IMG/VR virus record: IMGVR_UViG_3300010282_000004
Coordinates: 32,001 to 96,000 of that record
Source of the DNA: a virus
Lineage: Duplodnaviria > Caudoviricetes
Length of the DNA stretch: 64,000 nt
Strand: one strand, 5' to 3'
Every line of letters begins with the position of its first letter. The stretch's first letter is position 1. Of this stretch, positions 29,334 through 39,567 are shown in pieces. The position numbers and the translations under genes are program-made. The notes beneath the pieces were generated by a model. The model was not told the origin of the DNA, ran no database searches, and was given only the letters and a program-made list of their open reading frames with translations.

Positions 29334-31037
29334 ATGGCTGAAGCTCACGTATCAAGTTATGATAACTTAAAAGAAATATTTACCGGACATAAACAGAAGT
29401 TGCTAAACTTCTTTGCTAAGAGAAGTATTTATGGTGATAATAAGGTCTTCATGAGTGGGAATGACGAAACATATAAAAATAATAGATTTATTTATAGTTG
29501 GTACACTCCTAACGGAAGTGACTTAAATAGACTTAGTGGTACATCAGTGTTAATTGGTGGCTATAATAAATTTAATTATAATACGACATATGAAAACGCT
29601 ACCTATGAATTGCATGTAATAGGGTCTTATAACGAAGGTATACAACAATCATTAAATAATACATATATATACGGAAGTTATAATAAAGTTAGTGGTGCAA
29701 CAAACTCTATGTTTCTTGGTAGATCAAACCAATCACTGTGTACGGAAGACTCATATACAAATGGATTTGGTCAGAATGGAATAAATATTATTGGTAATAG
29801 TAATAAAATAAGTGGTAATCAATATAAAGCAATAGATACTGGTGGAATGTTTGGTAATGAAAATGAGTTATTATTAAACAAAACACAATATACGAATTAT
29901 GGTTTCCTTCAATATTGCTATTTGCTTGGATATCAAAACAAGATAAATATTTCATCACCGGGTTCTAATAGTGGATATAACTTACAGAATCTTTATATAA
30001 ACGGTCTTTATAATACATATAAACTTTCCAATAATAGTGGAATAATTCAAGGTGGTGCTGATGTATTACTTAGTGGTAATTCAAATGAAGTATATGATGC
30101 TAAAGACGTTGGATTGTATGGCAGGTCAAATAAAGTAGGCGAGGAAAATACTGGTTATACTTGTACATGTATTCACGCATTTGGTGTAGCCAATAAGGTC
30201 GGAGATTCAAGTGTTCCAACAACTACTAATGAACAATATCTGTTTATGTATGGAGAAGGAAATAAATTTTACAACTCAACAAACTCTTCTATGTTCGGTA
30301 GATTTAATGTAGGATATAATACACAAAACTCTTCTTTGTTTGGAATGGACAATAGGACTATGTCATCTTCATCGTACTGTACATTAGTTGGCTATAATAA
30401 CAGATTAAATGATGGTGCTGAGTTAGGACAATCTCCTATTACAACACATACTTATATTTTTGGTGAAGAGAATAACGTGTTAGATTCGGAATATGATTTG
30501 TTATTAGGAAGATATTTATCTAGTGAGTATGACGACCAAGTTATTATTGGTAACTGTAATGAGAATAGTAACGACAATTATTTTGAATTTGGTAACGGCA
30601 CTGATGATGAACACAGGCACAACGTTGCAGTTATTACAAGATCCGGTGATTTAATTCTCAATGATGGTGACGTTATAAACGAAGATGGTGAAAGCCTTAC
30701 TACTCTTAGAACAGATATCGATTTGCTTGATGGTAGAGTTGAAACTCTTGAGGGTAAAGTCGAAGACCTTGAAGATGCGGTTGACAATATTGAAGATGAT
30801 GTCGAAGCACTTGAAACAAGAGTTGGGAATGATGAAACGGATATTGAAACACTACAAGGTCAGGTTAGAGATTTGACATTGGCTTTGGCTGATGCTTTAT
30901 CAAGAATCACAGAACTTGAGAATATTGTAATGAACGAAAAGACAAACCATGTACAGTTGTATACCGAAGATGGTGATACAAGAATTACTGAAGATGGTGA
31001 TAATAAGTTTACAGAGGAGGTATTCACGAATGGCTAA
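29334..31037 (+). CDS. Tail fibre/spike (beta-roll repeats plus heptad coiled coil)
   Basis: Many G-x-x-N repeats resembling YadA-head beta-rolls; FEFGNGT..RHN neck-like motif; acidic heptad repeats near the C-terminus. Confidence 0.6.
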   Translation: MAEAHVSSYDNLKEIFTGHKQKLLNFFAKRSIYGDNKVFMSGNDETYKNNRFIYSWYTPNGSDLNRLSGTSVLIGGYNKFNYNTTYENATYELHVIGSYNEGIQQSLNNTYIYGSYNKVSGATNSMFLGRSNQSLCTEDSYTNGFGQNGINIIGNSNKISGNQYKAIDTGGMFGNENELLLNKTQYTNYGFLQYCYLLGYQNKINISSPGSNSGYNLQNLYINGLYNTYKLSNNSGIIQGGADVLLSGNSNEVYDAKDVGLYGRSNKVGEENTGYTCTCIHAFGVANKVGDSSVPTTTNEQYLFMYGEGNKFYNSTNSSMFGRFNVGYNTQNSSLFGMDNRTMSSSSYCTLVGYNNRLNDGAELGQSPITTHTYIFGEENNVLDSEYDLLLGRYLSSEYDDQVIIGNCNENSNDNYFEFGNGTDDEHRHNVAVITRSGDLILNDGDVINEDGESLTTLRTDIDLLDGRVETLEGKVEDLEDAVDNIEDDVEALETRVGNDETDIETLQGQVRDLTLALADALSRITELENIVMNEKTNHVQLYTEDGDTRITEDGDNKFTEEVFTNG

Positions 31038-32235
31038 CGTAAGTTTATCTCAGTTGACATCTGTACAGAGTAATGTTGGTACAGACTTACTTGAGATTTC
31101 AAAAGAGGATCAAAATTCGGTAAGTGGTTATGTCAGTAGAAAGACTACTGCGGCCAATCTTGCCGACTATGCAAATACAACTAAAACATATTCAGGATTA
31201 TCTACTACAAGTCAGACTATTGTTGGTAGCCTTAACGAGTGTTTTCAATCTGTCAGTAATGGAAAAAGTTTGATCGCAACCGCCATTACTGACAAAGGTG
31301 TGCAAACGGCTGCGACAGATTCTTTTGCTGATATGGCTACTAATATTGGATTGATAAGTGGTGGCGGTATCACTCCTACCGGGACAATTAATATATCTAC
31401 CAATGGAGTTTATGATGTAACTCAGTATGCTAGTGCTAATGTAAGTGTATCTGGTGGCGGTGGATATCCTAGTAGAACTGTTACATTTAATGCAAGTAGT
31501 GTTGAAACAATGCCAGTTACAATATCAGCAATGTATTTTAAAAATGGTGGGAGAACCATTTCTATAAACATTAATGGAACTACTACTACTCATACTGCAA
31601 TTGTTGACTCTGGTATAAGCGAAAGCGAAGAATATTATACGACAATGACGACTGTTGTTGGAACTAATACTGTTACATTATCTTGTCAATCAAATGACAT
31701 TTACTTCTTAGGTTTTTCAGCTGGTATATCAGAACTGCCAGCATTGGATGATTCCAATAGTGTTCCTGGACAAACTGCAAACACGTATATCTCAACAGTT
31801 GGTTTAGACCAATATATTACTTCTGCTAGTAGTATGCTTGGTGATTATAAAACATATAGACCATTTGATAGAAGTGGTTCTACCGGGCAAGATGCAGGTT
31901 GGCATCCTCAATCTGGTGCGCCTCAGTGGTTACAGTTGCAACTTCCTAGCGCAATGGCAATTTCAGAATTTACTATGAAAAATAGAAGTGGTTATATTGA
32001 ATGTCCAAAGGATGTAATATTTCAGGGATCAAATGATGGTTCTAATTGGACGGATATAATTTCATTTGAATTTTGTCCTAGTGCAGCTATGGGTATTACT
32101 AAAACAGTACAGATACCAAACCCTTCTCAATATTTATATTACAGATGGTATGAAGAAACTGTAAACGCAGATTACGGTGTAATTACCGTTCTTGATGTTA
32201 CGTTTGAAGGTGGTGCAATATCTGAGACATGGTAA
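31030..32235 (+). CDS. Tail fibre protein with a C-terminal F5/8 type C (discoidin)-like carbohydrate-binding domain
   Basis: GGAGG RBS before ATG 31030; FQSVSNGKSLIATAITDKGV motif; PQWLQLQLP..PKDVIFQGSNDGSNWTDI..YLYYRW. Confidence 0.7.
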   Translation: MANVSLSQLTSVQSNVGTDLLEISKEDQNSVSGYVSRKTTAANLADYANTTKTYSGLSTTSQTIVGSLNECFQSVSNGKSLIATAITDKGVQTAATDSFADMATNIGLISGGGITPTGTINISTNGVYDVTQYASANVSVSGGGGYPSRTVTFNASSVETMPVTISAMYFKNGGRTISININGTTTTHTAIVDSGISESEEYYTTMTTVVGTNTVTLSCQSNDIYFLGFSAGISELPALDDSNSVPGQTANTYISTVGLDQYITSASSMLGDYKTYRPFDRSGSTGQDAGWHPQSGAPQWLQLQLPSAMAISEFTMKNRSGYIECPKDVIFQGSNDGSNWTDIISFEFCPSAAMGITKTVQIPNPSQYLYYRWYEETVNADYGVITVLDVTFEGGAISETW

Positions 32236-32255
32236 AAAAGAAAATAAATAATAAC

Positions 32256-32292
32256 TATAGGATAGTAGATTCACCTCTACTATCCTATTTTC
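32256..32292 (+). terminator. Intrinsic terminator
   Basis: ATAGGATAGTAGA-N6-TCTACTATCCTAT followed by a T-run. Confidence 0.75.
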
Positions 32293-32310
32293 ATAATGGA
32301 GGAAATTAAA

Positions 32311-32682
32311 ATGAGTGAAACATATACTGATTTACCGTATACAAAATTTCCAGAAGATCAGGAAACTTTAATTACTTATCAGAACGTTGACAGTTCTAGT
32401 AAAAACATTGTAGATACATATCTTGGTTATATGAGTCGTGGAGAATTTTCTGAAGCACAGACATACTACAATCAACATGCAAGCGTTTTGAATAAAATTA
32501 TTATTAATGAGAATACAATTAATACATTACTACAGTCTATTATTGCTCTTGAAAGGATGTTCGCTAATGACATAACAGGATACATTAATAGAGTAACTAA
32601 CAACTTAGTTCCAATCGAAGTTGTTAACTCCCTACCAGCAACAACAGAGTCAGGTAAATTGTACCTTGTTCTTGAATCTTAA
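32311..32682 (+). CDS. Putative virion structural protein
   Basis: GGAGG RBS; C-terminal VVNSLPAT..SGKLYLV motif common in tail proteins. Confidence 0.55.
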   Translation: MSETYTDLPYTKFPEDQETLITYQNVDSSSKNIVDTYLGYMSRGEFSEAQTYYNQHASVLNKIIINENTINTLLQSIIALERMFANDITGYINRVTNNLVPIEVVNSLPATTESGKLYLVLES

Positions 32683-32696
32683 TAGGGGGTGATTTA

Positions 32697-34007
32697 ATGC
32701 CTTTTATATATAATAATGGAATTGGCAATAAGGTTGGTAGTTTAATTTATAATGATAATGGAACAGAAAAAAGAGTTATGTATGCATATATGGGAGATGG
32801 ATCTAGCGGACAAGAGGTTTATCGTGGTGGAAACTGGGTAACATATTGTATAGACATGGGAGATTTATTAAATCCCATATATGAAGTAGTTTGGAGATGG
32901 ACTGGTGAGAACGTACTTCAGAACTTAGGCTTTACACCTACTAAAGAAGATTACGAGTTTATGGGATGGAGTCATTCGGATGAACCATGTACACCTAGTG
33001 GCGGTGGTTTGTATACAGAACTCACTATGATTGGCGACCCAATTACAATATATGCTAACTTTAAGAAAAAAGTTACTGTAACTTCTTATGTGTATGACGC
33101 TGCTAATCCACATTTTAGTAGAAATAACGATGATTATATTGTGTATAACAATGGTAACGAAGAATATCCAAAGTTTACTATATCTTCTGTTACAATGCCA
33201 AACTATACATTCAAGGGTTGGGCAACAGGTGTAAGTCCATATGAAACTATAACATATGACAGTATTGTAAATAGAGAATTTTCAAGCAATACTACGGTAT
33301 ATGCGATTTATCATCGTAATACAAATATGTTATACGGATATTCAATTAATGGTACTGTAACTAGATTAGAAGGTGCAGTTGCTATTAATGCAAATAATAC
33401 AGAACTTATAGGATACCCAATTTTAACAATTGATGATCCTTCTAAACCAGAAGCCTCATTCTTGGGATGGAGTACTGATGGCACAAGAAATATAGCATAT
33501 GCACATATAACAAATATGCCAATTTTAAACAACAATATTATGTTCTACTCAGTGTTCAAATATGGTGATAGTCCAGATCCATTAGATCCCACTCAGACAC
33601 GTAGGATTATTATAAATGGAGACCATCAGCAAGAAGGACGAATTGATGGAAATGATTCAAACACTTGGCTAAGATTGTATGATGAAAATGGAAATGAACT
33701 TTCTTATGACTGCTCAATGTTTGAGAGAGTCGATGCATCAGGAGTCTGCTCTTTGGATCAAGGTGTTGGATTATATCTTAGAGAAACTTATGGTGGAAAT
33801 CAGAGCCATGACGGAAATGATGGTAGTGAGCCACCTATAGATAAACACGGTATGCTTAATGGAACATTCGGAAATGTTTTATTGGAACTTCCTGAGTCTG
33901 GAACTACTACATTGTGTGTTGGTGTTATGAGCAATAGTATTGCTTATGTATCAAATGTAAATGTTAATGGTGGAGTCAGACTTATTGGACGTACAACTGT
34001 AGGTTAA
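32697..34007 (+). CDS. Virion protein with InlB B-repeat / Listeria-Bacteroides-like repeats
   Basis: Repeated motifs PTKEDYEFMGWS, PNYTFKGWA and PSKPEASFLGWS, with ITIYANF and TTVYAIY. Confidence 0.65.
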   Translation: MPFIYNNGIGNKVGSLIYNDNGTEKRVMYAYMGDGSSGQEVYRGGNWVTYCIDMGDLLNPIYEVVWRWTGENVLQNLGFTPTKEDYEFMGWSHSDEPCTPSGGGLYTELTMIGDPITIYANFKKKVTVTSYVYDAANPHFSRNNDDYIVYNNGNEEYPKFTISSVTMPNYTFKGWATGVSPYETITYDSIVNREFSSNTTVYAIYHRNTNMLYGYSINGTVTRLEGAVAINANNTELIGYPILTIDDPSKPEASFLGWSTDGTRNIAYAHITNMPILNNNIMFYSVFKYGDSPDPLDPTQTRRIIINGDHQQEGRIDGNDSNTWLRLYDENGNELSYDCSMFERVDASGVCSLDQGVGLYLRETYGGNQSHDGNDGSEPPIDKHGMLNGTFGNVLLELPESGTTTLCVGVMSNSIAYVSNVNVNGGVRLIGRTTVG

Positions 34008-34020
34008 GGGAGGTGTATAA

Positions 34021-34611
34021 ATGAAAAAGAATGTTATTTTAATTCAAGGCGATAAGAATCTTATCGTAACACAGATGCGCCCTATTTTCCAGAAAGAAAA
34101 TAGAGCCGACTATATTGACTTCTTAATTGCGGATGATTTCGCAGGAGATGTTACAGACTACTTGGCAGTTCTTCAGGTTATCCTCCCGGACAATGAGACA
34201 GGTGGTCAGACAGGAAAGCTTAGATATATGGACTTTGAACCTGAACAGTACAAAGGAAGATATGTCATGAGACTTCCTATCACTACTACTCTAACTGATA
34301 ATTATGGTGAAGTAAAAATGCAGTTTATCTTTGTTAATGCAGTTAATGAAGAACTTGTTAAGACTTCGCAGTGTTCTATTCTTGTTGAGAAACAATGGTA
34401 CAGTGGAAGTATCATTGATGACGATGACGATGGATATGATGTATTGGATGATATCAATCAGCAGTTAGAAGATTTAAGAAATGATAAACTTGATAAACAT
34501 TTTAACTATGACCCTGAGAACAACACATTGCAGTTCTTTGTGAATGGTTCTGCTATTCCTACGATTATCAGATTGGATGATAACGTAACATGGTCTAGTT
34601 GGGATGTATAA
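34021..34611 (+). CDS. Baseplate upper protein-like (BppU N-terminal-like)
   Basis: IFQKENRADYIDFL and LPITTTLT..GEV motifs; position ahead of the fibre genes. Confidence 0.5.
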   Translation: MKKNVILIQGDKNLIVTQMRPIFQKENRADYIDFLIADDFAGDVTDYLAVLQVILPDNETGGQTGKLRYMDFEPEQYKGRYVMRLPITTTLTDNYGEVKMQFIFVNAVNEELVKTSQCSILVEKQWYSGSIIDDDDDGYDVLDDINQQLEDLRNDKLDKHFNYDPENNTLQFFVNGSAIPTIIRLDDNVTWSSWDV

Positions 34612-34630
34612 GTGGAAAGGAGGCTGAGAG

Positions 34631-35305
34631 GTGGCAGACGAAAGAAAGCTTGTTCTCAAGAGTATAATTTGGTCTGATTACAATACACTTGTAAACAATA
34701 ACACTCTTGACCCTAGAACATTATATTTCATTACAGATAAAGGATTCCTATACACACACAATAAGTTGTATTCCGGGAAATATGAGTTTTACTCCTCTCT
34801 CCCACTGAATCCTGAACTTAATACTTTATATATAAATGAAAATGATTTGTCGGCTATGATATGGGATGGAACTGATTGGGTTGAAACGGCTAAAGGGTAT
34901 TCACTGTCTGTAGACGAGTACAGTACACATGATACTGTACCCACATCTAAAGCAGTGTACGACTTGGTTTCTACTTATACTCCGAGTGGTGGTACGTCAG
35001 TACATATAGATACCACTGCAAATTGGAATGCTCAGTCTACTCTGATCGGTCAACGTGGACATATTTATATATATTCTGATAAAGATATTATTGATGGAAC
35101 TGCTATCCCTGCTATGAAAGTTGGGGATGGTAGTTCTTATTTAATAGATAATCCTTTCGTAGATGCTAATACAAAAGAGGTATATGACCATGTAACAAAT
35201 ACTGATATTCATATTACATCTTTGGAAAGGGAATTTTGGAACAATAAGGTAACTTGTTTCATGTCTGATAATGACAATGAGACTTTGGTATTTAGTAAAG
35301 ACTAA
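34631..35305 (+). CDS. Putative tail fibre-associated protein
   Basis: GTG start with AGGAGG; LDPRTLYFITD, MKVGDGSS and HVTNTDIHIT..ERE.WN motifs of phage fibres. Confidence 0.6.
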   Translation: MADERKLVLKSIIWSDYNTLVNNNTLDPRTLYFITDKGFLYTHNKLYSGKYEFYSSLPLNPELNTLYINENDLSAMIWDGTDWVETAKGYSLSVDEYSTHDTVPTSKAVYDLVSTYTPSGGTSVHIDTTANWNAQSTLIGQRGHIYIYSDKDIIDGTAIPAMKVGDGSSYLIDNPFVDANTKEVYDHVTNTDIHITSLEREFWNNKVTCFMSDNDNETLVFSKD

Positions 35306-35323
35306 GGAAGGAGGAATAATTAA

Positions 35324-36295
35324 ATGCCAGATATTTCGAAAATTACGTTACCAAGTGGTACGACTTATGATATTAAAGATACTATTGCGAGACAGATGTC
35401 AGGTGGTGGTGTTGTATTTATAGGAGAGGTTACTCCAGAGACTGCTATTACAGATTTACAAGATTGCAATCCTATCTACCTTCTTCCTAAAACTGTTGAA
35501 GAACCAGACGGTCATCCTCATACTCCTGCTCAGAATGAAGCGGTATTTAAGGGGGAAATTGAATATGTTTATGATGGTTCTATTTGGCATAAGTTTGGTG
35601 ACAGAACTGGATTAGGTGATATGGCTTTGGCTGATACTGCAAGTGCGTCATATACTCCTGGCGGTAGTGTTAATTTGAGCGGTACGACTGATACGTTGGA
35701 AGTTGGTGTAGCATTGTCAGGTACTGCAACCTATACACCTAGTGGTTCTAATGCAGATTCGGCAGTAACAGGCTCATGTACTGTAACTGCTAGTGGCTCA
35801 ATCTCTGTTGGTTCTGGTACTACAAACTATACTCCCGGTGGAACTGTATCTGCTCCTACAATTAGCGTTGACAGTGCAGGTGCTACAGATACTGTTAATA
35901 GTGCTACCGCTAAAACTGTAGTTACGGATATGAGTGTGGCAGCACCTTCATCTACTCAGGCTACTGGTGAGTTAGTTTATATGAGTGTAGCAAATGAGAC
36001 TCTTACATTCCAAAAGTTTGTTGAGACAACAGGGGACTCAATTACTACTACTGCAAAGACTGTAAAGACAGGTGATGCATCTTATACCGCATCTACTCCT
36101 ACATTCAGTGGTACGGCAGTTGATCTTGAATTCACAGGTACATCTGCTAGTGGAACTATTAGTGGTACTGCCGCTGGTCAGACGTTCAGTGGAGATGCAG
36201 TTAGACTTGAAACAGAGTCAGTTACTATTCCAGATACTGCTACGTTCACAGGAACAACTGCTAATATTACGGTATCCCCTGATCCCATCTCTTAA
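35324..36295 (+). CDS. Thr/Ser/Gly-rich tail fibre-like protein
   Basis: Repeated YTPxG and PTFxG motifs; AGGAGG RBS. Confidence 0.6.
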   Translation: MPDISKITLPSGTTYDIKDTIARQMSGGGVVFIGEVTPETAITDLQDCNPIYLLPKTVEEPDGHPHTPAQNEAVFKGEIEYVYDGSIWHKFGDRTGLGDMALADTASASYTPGGSVNLSGTTDTLEVGVALSGTATYTPSGSNADSAVTGSCTVTASGSISVGSGTTNYTPGGTVSAPTISVDSAGATDTVNSATAKTVVTDMSVAAPSSTQATGELVYMSVANETLTFQKFVETTGDSITTTAKTVKTGDASYTASTPTFSGTAVDLEFTGTSASGTISGTAAGQTFSGDAVRLETESVTIPDTATFTGTTANITVSPDPIS

Positions 36296-36310
36296 TGAGG
36301 GGGTGATTGG

Positions 36311-39136
36311 ATGCCTACAATAAAACAAATTAAAACTCCTGACAATACAACTTATGATATTCATGGAGTGGATGATACGGCTTATCATACGGATGATACT
36401 GAATTAACAAGTGCTAGTAGTTTGGCAAATAGTGATTATATTCCAATATATGATACATCTGATACCGCTAGTAAAAAGTTTAAAATATCAAATCTTGTAA
36501 CTAGATTAAAGACATTATTAGGTCTTGGCAACGCAGCATATAAGGATATCAAACATACATACGATTCAAGTAATGAAGATGCAATTTCTGGAAAGGGTGT
36601 AGCTGATGCCTTGTCTACACTTCCAGAGCCTATGATATTTAAAGGTAGTCTTGGAACCGGTGGTACTGTTACAACTCTTCCAACTGCATCTAGTTCTAAT
36701 AAAGGATATACATACAAAGTTATTACGGATGGAACGTATGCATCACAGTCTGCTAAAGTTGGTGATACATTTATCTCAGATGGAACTACTTGGGTACTTA
36801 TCCCATCTGGTGATGAACCTAGTGGTACTGTTACGTCCGTAAAGATTAACGCAACATCTCCTATTGCAGTTAGTAGCACATCTGCCATTACGACTAGTGG
36901 CACAAGAACAATAAGTCATGAAACGAGTGGTGCTACCGCAGGTAGTTATGGTGACAGTGGGGATCAAACTCCTACATATGGTGGAACATTTAAAGTGCCA
37001 TATATTACTGTAAATGATACTGGTCATGTAACCGGGATTAGCGCACATACTGTTAAGATTCCTTCTAGTGATAATACAAATACCACATATACTTTTGCAT
37101 ACGGAACAAATCAGTTTACAGTTACTCCTAGTGATGGATCTGCATCTACAATTAAAGTAACACCTCAGTTAAAGATTGACGGTATTACTAGCGATACAAC
37201 AGATAAAGAAATTAACTGTTATGGTGAATGTTCTACCGCAGCTGGCACTGCCGCAAAGACGGTTAGTATAACAAAAGGAACTTTTGCTTTGGCTACTGGA
37301 TCTAAAGTTATTGTTAAGTTTACTAATGCCAATACTGCGAATAATCCAACTTTAAATGTTAATAGTAAGGGTGCTAAAAATATATTCCACAATGGAGCAA
37401 GAATTACAACAGGAACAAATAAGGCATTGTTAGCAGGCACTGTTGAGTTTGTATACGATGGTACACAGTTCCAGTTAGTAGGCAACTATATTAATACAGA
37501 ATATACCGCAGCATCATCCGCACCCGGAAAAGTTGCATCCTCATCGTCAACAGGAACAAGTACGGATTATGCTAGGGCAGACCATACACATGGAATTGAT
37601 CTGGCAACTGGTGATGCTAATGGACAAGTTAAAATTGCCGGTACAAATGTTGACGTAAAAGGTCTTGGAAGTAATGCTTATACATCAACATCATATTTAC
37701 CATTAGCTGGTGGAACTGTAACCGGTACACTTATTCTATCAAGGACACAGGATGCAAGTGGTACACAAAATAACAAGCCGGCTCTTATAGTTGGTGGAAC
37801 AGATACTCAAGGACATATCGAGATTGATAGCAATGAGATTATGGCAAAATCAAATGGAACAACTCCAAGTGGTTTATACCTAAACTCTGATGGTGGAGTG
37901 GTTCAGATTAATAGTGGTATCAAGTTTAAAAAGAAAACCACTAATGCTTTATACACCGGATCTGGTACTGCCGGTAGCACATCTGCTGATACAACTCCTG
38001 TTTGTACTCCTGCTTTGTGGACATATAATACTGGTCAATCATTGGAAGATGGAGATGTTATATGTATAAAGATTCCAATAGCTGGTCATGCCAATGGTGT
38101 GGCATTGTCAGTAGATAATGGAACTACATATAAGCCAGTTATAGTAGGGAACTCAGGTGCCTCATTATGTACAACACATTATGGTAATGGAGTATATTTA
38201 ATGCTTGTATATGAAGCAAATACAAGTGTTAGTGCTTATCCAGCGGAAGGTGCTACTGCAAAATCAAGTATAAAAGGAAATTGGCGAGTTGTTAATTATC
38301 GTGATACAAATACAGATACGTTGGTGAAACAAACAGAGATGTCAACTGCAAATACATGGAGAAGTTTGTGTTGGGCAAGCACAAATAATGCAACAGAGGC
38401 AACTGCCCAAGTATATAAAAGTACAGGTTTATCTGCACATTTTCAAACAGTTGGTGTGGCAAATACAGAAGGTATTGTAAATCTTGCAATTGGAAATAGC
38501 AAGGATAAAACTGCTGATGGTAATTATACTGGTAGATTATATTTATATAATGTGGTTGGAAGTAGGCATACAATATCGCCTAGCGCATCTGTGGTCGATA
38601 TATCATTGGCACTCCCAAACAAAAGCGGTACTATAAATACAAAATATGGAAATAGTTGCTTGATAGGAAATCAGTCAAGCACAGTTGACGCAAATATGAG
38701 ATGGTATAGAGTTGCAACATGGGAAGTATCTACTAAAAATATAGATGTGTCTTCAATGATTGCAGTTAGCAATACATATACAAATGGCTCTACTGCAAAT
38801 CAATGTGCAGGATTGCTTTATGTCCATTTTAGACAAAGCGATTTAGGGACGTGTCAACATGCGAATTTAAATTTTGTATCTAATAAAGGATTTAATACAC
38901 AACATTTTAAACTCGTTTGGAAGCCATCGGATGATCCTACAACCACTGGTATAGATGGACTTACATGTGCTTTGTATACATATATAGATGTAAGATATTT
39001 AACAAGACGTTTTACATTTTTAGATGATGGTTATAGAACAAATACGGCTGAAGTTGCAACATATTATGATAATACAACTAGGGAAGTAGAGCCTACAACA
39101 TCACAGGGTTGGACAAGTGGTGTTTATGCAAGTTAA
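36311..39136 (+). CDS. Tail fibre protein
   Basis: VNDTGHVT, CSTAAGTAAKTV..VKFTNANTANNPTLNVN, YARADHTH and YLPLAGGTVTG fibre motifs. Confidence 0.75.
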   Translation: MPTIKQIKTPDNTTYDIHGVDDTAYHTDDTELTSASSLANSDYIPIYDTSDTASKKFKISNLVTRLKTLLGLGNAAYKDIKHTYDSSNEDAISGKGVADALSTLPEPMIFKGSLGTGGTVTTLPTASSSNKGYTYKVITDGTYASQSAKVGDTFISDGTTWVLIPSGDEPSGTVTSVKINATSPIAVSSTSAITTSGTRTISHETSGATAGSYGDSGDQTPTYGGTFKVPYITVNDTGHVTGISAHTVKIPSSDNTNTTYTFAYGTNQFTVTPSDGSASTIKVTPQLKIDGITSDTTDKEINCYGECSTAAGTAAKTVSITKGTFALATGSKVIVKFTNANTANNPTLNVNSKGAKNIFHNGARITTGTNKALLAGTVEFVYDGTQFQLVGNYINTEYTAASSAPGKVASSSSTGTSTDYARADHTHGIDLATGDANGQVKIAGTNVDVKGLGSNAYTSTSYLPLAGGTVTGTLILSRTQDASGTQNNKPALIVGGTDTQGHIEIDSNEIMAKSNGTTPSGLYLNSDGGVVQINSGIKFKKKTTNALYTGSGTAGSTSADTTPVCTPALWTYNTGQSLEDGDVICIKIPIAGHANGVALSVDNGTTYKPVIVGNSGASLCTTHYGNGVYLMLVYEANTSVSAYPAEGATAKSSIKGNWRVVNYRDTNTDTLVKQTEMSTANTWRSLCWASTNNATEATAQVYKSTGLSAHFQTVGVANTEGIVNLAIGNSKDKTADGNYTGRLYLYNVVGSRHTISPSASVVDISLALPNKSGTINTKYGNSCLIGNQSSTVDANMRWYRVATWEVSTKNIDVSSMIAVSNTYTNGSTANQCAGLLYVHFRQSDLGTCQHANLNFVSNKGFNTQHFKLVWKPSDDPTTTGIDGLTCALYTYIDVRYLTRRFTFLDDGYRTNTAEVATYYDNTTREVEPTTSQGWTSGVYAS

Positions 39137-39152
39137 CAAATAATTATTTACT

Positions 39153-39188
39153 ATGGGAAGATCATTTATTTGGTCTTCCCATTTTTTT
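39153..39188 (+). terminator. Terminator at the convergence of the late and early arms
   Basis: ATGGGAAGATCA-N6-TGGTCTTCCCAT followed by a T-run. Confidence 0.75.
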
Positions 39189-39497
39189 GCTTTCTTCTAA
39201 TCTATTGGTAATCTCATGTAATATATCGTTTAATTCATTTAGTTGTCGCATGTCAAGTAAATCTACACTTACATTAATCTTAATCGATTTTGGTTGTTTT
39301 ACCATTGATAAATCAATTAACTTTGAGTAAAGACAACTTCCGGTTACTATCTCTGCTATCCTGCCAGCAGGCATAGAACCTTTTGGTCGATGCTTATTAT
39401 ATACTTTCTCACTTAAATAATCTACTTCAAGTGTTTCTTTGATTGTATTATAATTTGTTATGAACATATCTAAATAGTACTGTTTATCGGCATTCAT
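39162..39497 (-). CDS. Small protein next to the att site (candidate recombination directionality factor)
   Basis: AGGAG RBS; lies across the putative attP from the integrase; function inferred from position only. Confidence 0.45.
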   Translation of the reverse strand: MNADKQYYLDMFITNYNTIKETLEVDYLSEKVYNKHRPKGSMPAGRIAEIVTGSCLYSKLIDLSMVKQPKSIKINVSVDLLDMRQLNELNDILHEITNRLEESKKMGRPNK

Positions 39498-39513
39498 GGC
39501 TATCTCCTGTCAT

Positions 39514-39561
39514 GTTCTCAACTACCGATAATCATCCCCATGACTATTAGGAGTTGAGAAC
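39514..39561. other. Putative attP site of the serine integrase
   Basis: 48-bp imperfect inverted repeat GTTCTCAACT-ACCGATAATCAT-CCCC-ATGACTATTAGG-AGTTGAGAAC, 6 bp from the integrase stop codon. Confidence 0.65.
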
Positions 39562-39567
39562 TTTACT

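Noticed and set aside
29334-39136. Diversity-generating retroelement or invertible tail-fibre cassette
   Set aside because: No reverse transcriptase, no TR/VR-like repeat pair and no inverted fibre fragments seen; the recombinase is a full-length integrase rather than an invertase.
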